Of a DNA stretch of 64,000 nucleotides, positions 60,701 through 64,000 are shown piece by piece. Made by a program: the position numbers and the translations under genes. The DNA is taken from NCBI GenBank assembly GCA_028534125.1, contig CM052817.1, positions 94,676,001 through 94,740,000 on the forward strand, in the 5' to 3' direction. Numbering within the stretch: position 1 is the stretch's first letter; every line of letters starts with the position of its first letter. Source of the DNA: Lama glama (Eukaryota). Below the pieces are notes generated by a model. It made no database searches. It worked only from the letters and a program-made list of their open reading frames with translations, and was not told the DNA's origin.

Positions 60701-62744
60701 CTGTTTTACATTAGCAAGTTTGTGGGTTACTTTTGAAGATAATAAGAAATTTGGTTGCCATTCTTGATTACCTTGCCAGAAAACAATTTGGCAAACTCCC
60801 AGTGCAACAGAGGTAACAGAAACATCTTTCTCTTAGGGTGCTGCAAGGTTAGATCAAAAGTGATCCCCAAAGGATCTTATAAACTGGGGTCAGGGCACAA
60901 GCCGCATCCTGGAAGGGCACATTCTTCGGACCCTCCTGGTAAGGATGATGTTTGCAAAACCTGAAGCAAACCCTGCCTGTGCTTTTCCGGCCCCTCCCGC
61001 CCCCCACCAGCCTGGGTCCTGTTCACATTCCCCCCTGTAGAGCGTGATTTACAGCCCATGCTTTTAAAATGCAGATTTTTTCCCAAAGTTTTATTGTTAG
61101 CATTTAAGTCAAGAGAATTGTGGCCTCTGTCTTTTTACAGAAGTTGACTCCATATCTCAAGTGTTGGTCTACACAGGACTCAACTGCAGATTCTAACTTT
61201 TAAGCTTTTGTTCCTTTAACATCAATTTACAGAAATCATGCTTTCAGACTAAGGTACAACCAGTTCTTTAGATGTATTGTCCATTTTCAAGAACAGTTAT
61301 TTCTTCCTGCTTTCTTCCTTTTTGTATTGGGAGCTGATGTGAATACTATTGACTGTAATTGTGAGATCGATGTGTATGTTTACCGTACACTGAGACGTTG
61401 TAAATCAAATAATTATTAAGGGAGTGCTAGTGTCTACAATTCTTTTAGAACACAGCCCTGGCAAATGCTAAGAAAGATTTTTTGCTTGCTAAATTAAAGA
61501 AAAATACAAATAGAACAAATTAGACTGGCTCTTGTAATTGGCAGGTGTTGGGTTTTCAATGGAGACAAAAGACTGTACATTTTAAACCCTCTTTCCTTGA
61601 TTGAAAATTTGACTCCTTGTAAAAATCAGGATGGAGTGGGAGTATCTAGCCAAGGTATTCTCTTAACTGTCAAAACAGAGTTTCTATCAGATTTCATCCG
61701 AAGGGAGCTATATAACCTAGGTGGAAACTGCTGCAAAATATTAAAGCGAACTTTAGTTTTTTGATTGTCCCAGTATCTTCCCCTTTTCCTTCCACCAAAG
61801 AGTTGGTTCACTGTGGTCTTGTTTGGAATAGTCCATGAAGAACACTGACAATGTATCAGATTGGTCATGGTATGAACAATTTTCATGGGTGGAAATACAA
61901 AGGCCAGTGTTGAATGAGAGCCTTTATAGAGGCTTTGAACAGTAATAAACTCTGATGAAGTGTCTCCCACCCCTGCAGACCATCTTAATCTTTTTCAGGC
62001 ACGCCCTGGATAACTTACAGGAGAAGCAGCCCTCCTCTGCGGGACAGAAGGAAGAACAAAACCGGTGGCCTTTCATTCAAGCTGGGAGACAAAATTCACC
62101 CAAATTTCACAAAACAGTCTTTGGACAGAAACCAAAATGAAAAATTCTTTTCATAGTTGGCTCAATGGAATGCCGCCTAAAATGACCGAGTTTGCTCTCC
62201 GTATTGTCTGTGCGCCCACGGTGAACCAGGACAATAACATGCTGGATGTTATGATTTATTTTGTATTGTAACCCCAAGCAACCTGACCTCTGGTGTATGA
62301 CAGAAGATAATATGACTTCTTTGAAGCAAAGAAGAAAAAAAAAAAAAGGGGCCAGGGAATAAGTACTGGTGGCATTAAAACAAAGAGCAAATAACTTGTA
62401 GCCGTAAGGGTTTCCAAGGATTGCAGCCCAGGAAAGCTGAACTCTGCTTGGAATGTGATAAGGTGGCCAGGCCTGTTGTGAAATACTTCTTTGGTAGGAG
62501 CTCTGAGCTGACAGGCCATATAAAGAAGTGTTGCAGATTAGAAGCTTATTTCTTGTCAACATATCAGGGGTGGTCCTTTTGCAGCCTAGCAATCTGAGCG
62601 ACACGGAGCCTTGACCCGAGAAGAAGCAGAAAAGGCTGTCTTCTAAATAGGAGGAATGAGCTTAGAGAACCTAGCTGGTATTTAACTTCATTTACCGCAG
62701 CCTCCTAGATTTGATGCGCAGGGGACTTGGAGTGAGGTGAGGAA

Positions 62745-62960
62745 GCCAATAGGAGGAGCTTGAGCCTTGAAGTCAGACCCAAATTTGACCTCTTTCTTCA
62801 TCCTGGGTAAATCTCCTAGCCTCCCTGAGTTTCAGCGTCCTGTCTGTTGAATGGGCATAATAATAATGATAATACACACCTCTCAGTGCTGTTTGAAGCG
62901 TTGAATGAGGGAATCTGTACCTCTCAGCACTGTTGGATTAAACAGAGTAGCAGAGAGGCA
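62745..62960 (+). mobile_element. MIR
   Basis: gagccttgaagtcagaccc...ctgggtaaatctcctagcctccctgagtttcagcgtcctgtctgt..aatgggcataataataat...cacctctcag. Confidence 0.75.
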
Positions 62961-63469
62961 GGTTCACACAGTGGATCTTAAAGTAAGAACATTTTATTCC
63001 CTTAAATTAAGAATAGGGGGATTTATTCATTATCTGAGAATAAGAACAGTGCAGAATCAGTGGACGCTACAACTTCTTATTGTACTTATGATATAGAGCA
63101 GTTTTATCTTACCTAGGCACCCCTCTTTTACAATCTCTGGCTGAAGTACTGACAACTGGATAGTGTATTTTAAAGTCTTCCTCTTTATTCTACATCATTG
63201 TCTGATGTGGGAGGTGGCCTTGTTAATTATTTTTTTTATTCCAGCCAACAAGTATTTCGCTAAGCAAGTCACAGTGACTCCACCTTAATTTCCACTTACG
63301 CTATACACCCTGAATTAGTGCGTTCTGGTCAGAGCATGACATAAAAGTAACATAAAGAGGAATTTTTAAAAATGAAAAAAAAAAAGAATTAAAATTAAGC
63401 ACACTAGTTACAACTATAATATGCACCTACAATTTAAGGGATCATTTCCTAATAGTAAAAGTAGTCATG

Positions 63470-63850
63470 CCAGAAAGAGAAAGAAAAATATCATATGACA
63501 TCACTTATATGTGGAATCTTTAAAAAAATGACATAAATAAATGTATTTACAAAACAGAAACAGACTCACAGACATAGAAAATAAACTTACAGTTTCCAGA
63601 GGGGAGAGTGGGGGGAGGGATAGAGTGGGAATTCCAGATCTGCAGATACACACTACTGCATATAAAACAGATAAACAACAAGGTCCTACTGTACAGCACA
63701 GGGAACTATATTCAATATCTTATAATAACCTATAAGGAAAAACAATATGAAAAGGAATATATATATATATTTATAACTGAATCACTATGCTGTACCCCAG
63801 AGACTAACATAACATCGTAAATCGACTATACTTCAATAGAAAATTAAAAA
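63470..63850 (+). mobile_element. 5'-truncated young L1 3' end with TSD
   Basis: ccagaaagagaaagaaaaatatcatatgacatcacttatatgtggaatct...aaggtcctactgtacagcacagggaactatattcaatatctt. TSD core agtagtcatg at 63460-63469 and 63853-63862. Confidence 0.92.
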
Positions 63851-64000
63851 GGAGTAGTCATGTAGACATAAGTTACGTCTAAACAAGAAGTGGCAGAGAC
63901 TACCTCTCTAAATTAATGTGGTGACACTGACACAAGCAAGTTCTACAGATTGTGTCCGGGCCAAGGGGAGCTGCCTACAGCTTGTCCAGGAGTGACCAGT

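Noticed and set aside
62107..62604. 165-aa minus-strand ORF
   Set aside because: Non-ATG start, runs through a poly-T tract (FFFF), and has no recognisable domain.
1..64000. CRISPR array, operon, defence island or other prokaryotic or viral system
   Set aside because: No regularly spaced direct repeats and no long or dense ORFs. The sequence is dominated by mammalian interspersed repeats.

Overview
This is AT-rich mammalian genomic DNA, very probably from a camelid (Camelus/Vicugna/Lama). The basis is three tRNA-derived SINEs of the Vic-1 type (about 9915, 33880 and 40329) and several young camelid/cetartiodactyl-type L1 3' ends. I recognise no protein-coding gene, RNA gene, CRISPR array or prokaryotic system, and the supplied ORFs look like chance frames or repeat read-through. 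The window looks intergenic or deep-intronic. It is a layered mosaic of transposon relics: two multi-kb decayed L1s, many short 5'-truncated L1 tails (several with readable target-site duplications, TSDs), L2, MIR and L3/CR1 fragments, MLT1/MLT2 solo LTRs, an ERV1-type solo LTR inside an L1, and DNA-transposon MITEs (MER53, MER63, MER3, MER5 and MER112-like). Between these lie repeat-poor blocks with CpG-rich patches, transcription-factor motif clusters, small hairpins and unassigned exon-like segments. The most interesting observations are: a very old L2-clade ORF2 fragment still readable as protein (about 44.4-44.6 kb), an intact ERV1-type solo LTR, an L1 5' end fused directly to mid-ORF2, a CpG-island-like patch at about 19.3-19.7 kb, and a pre-miRNA-sized hairpin at 25.5 kb. 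I found no convincing evidence of a new biological system. Repeat family names come from recalled consensus similarity by eye, not from a database search, and boundaries without a TSD are approximate.
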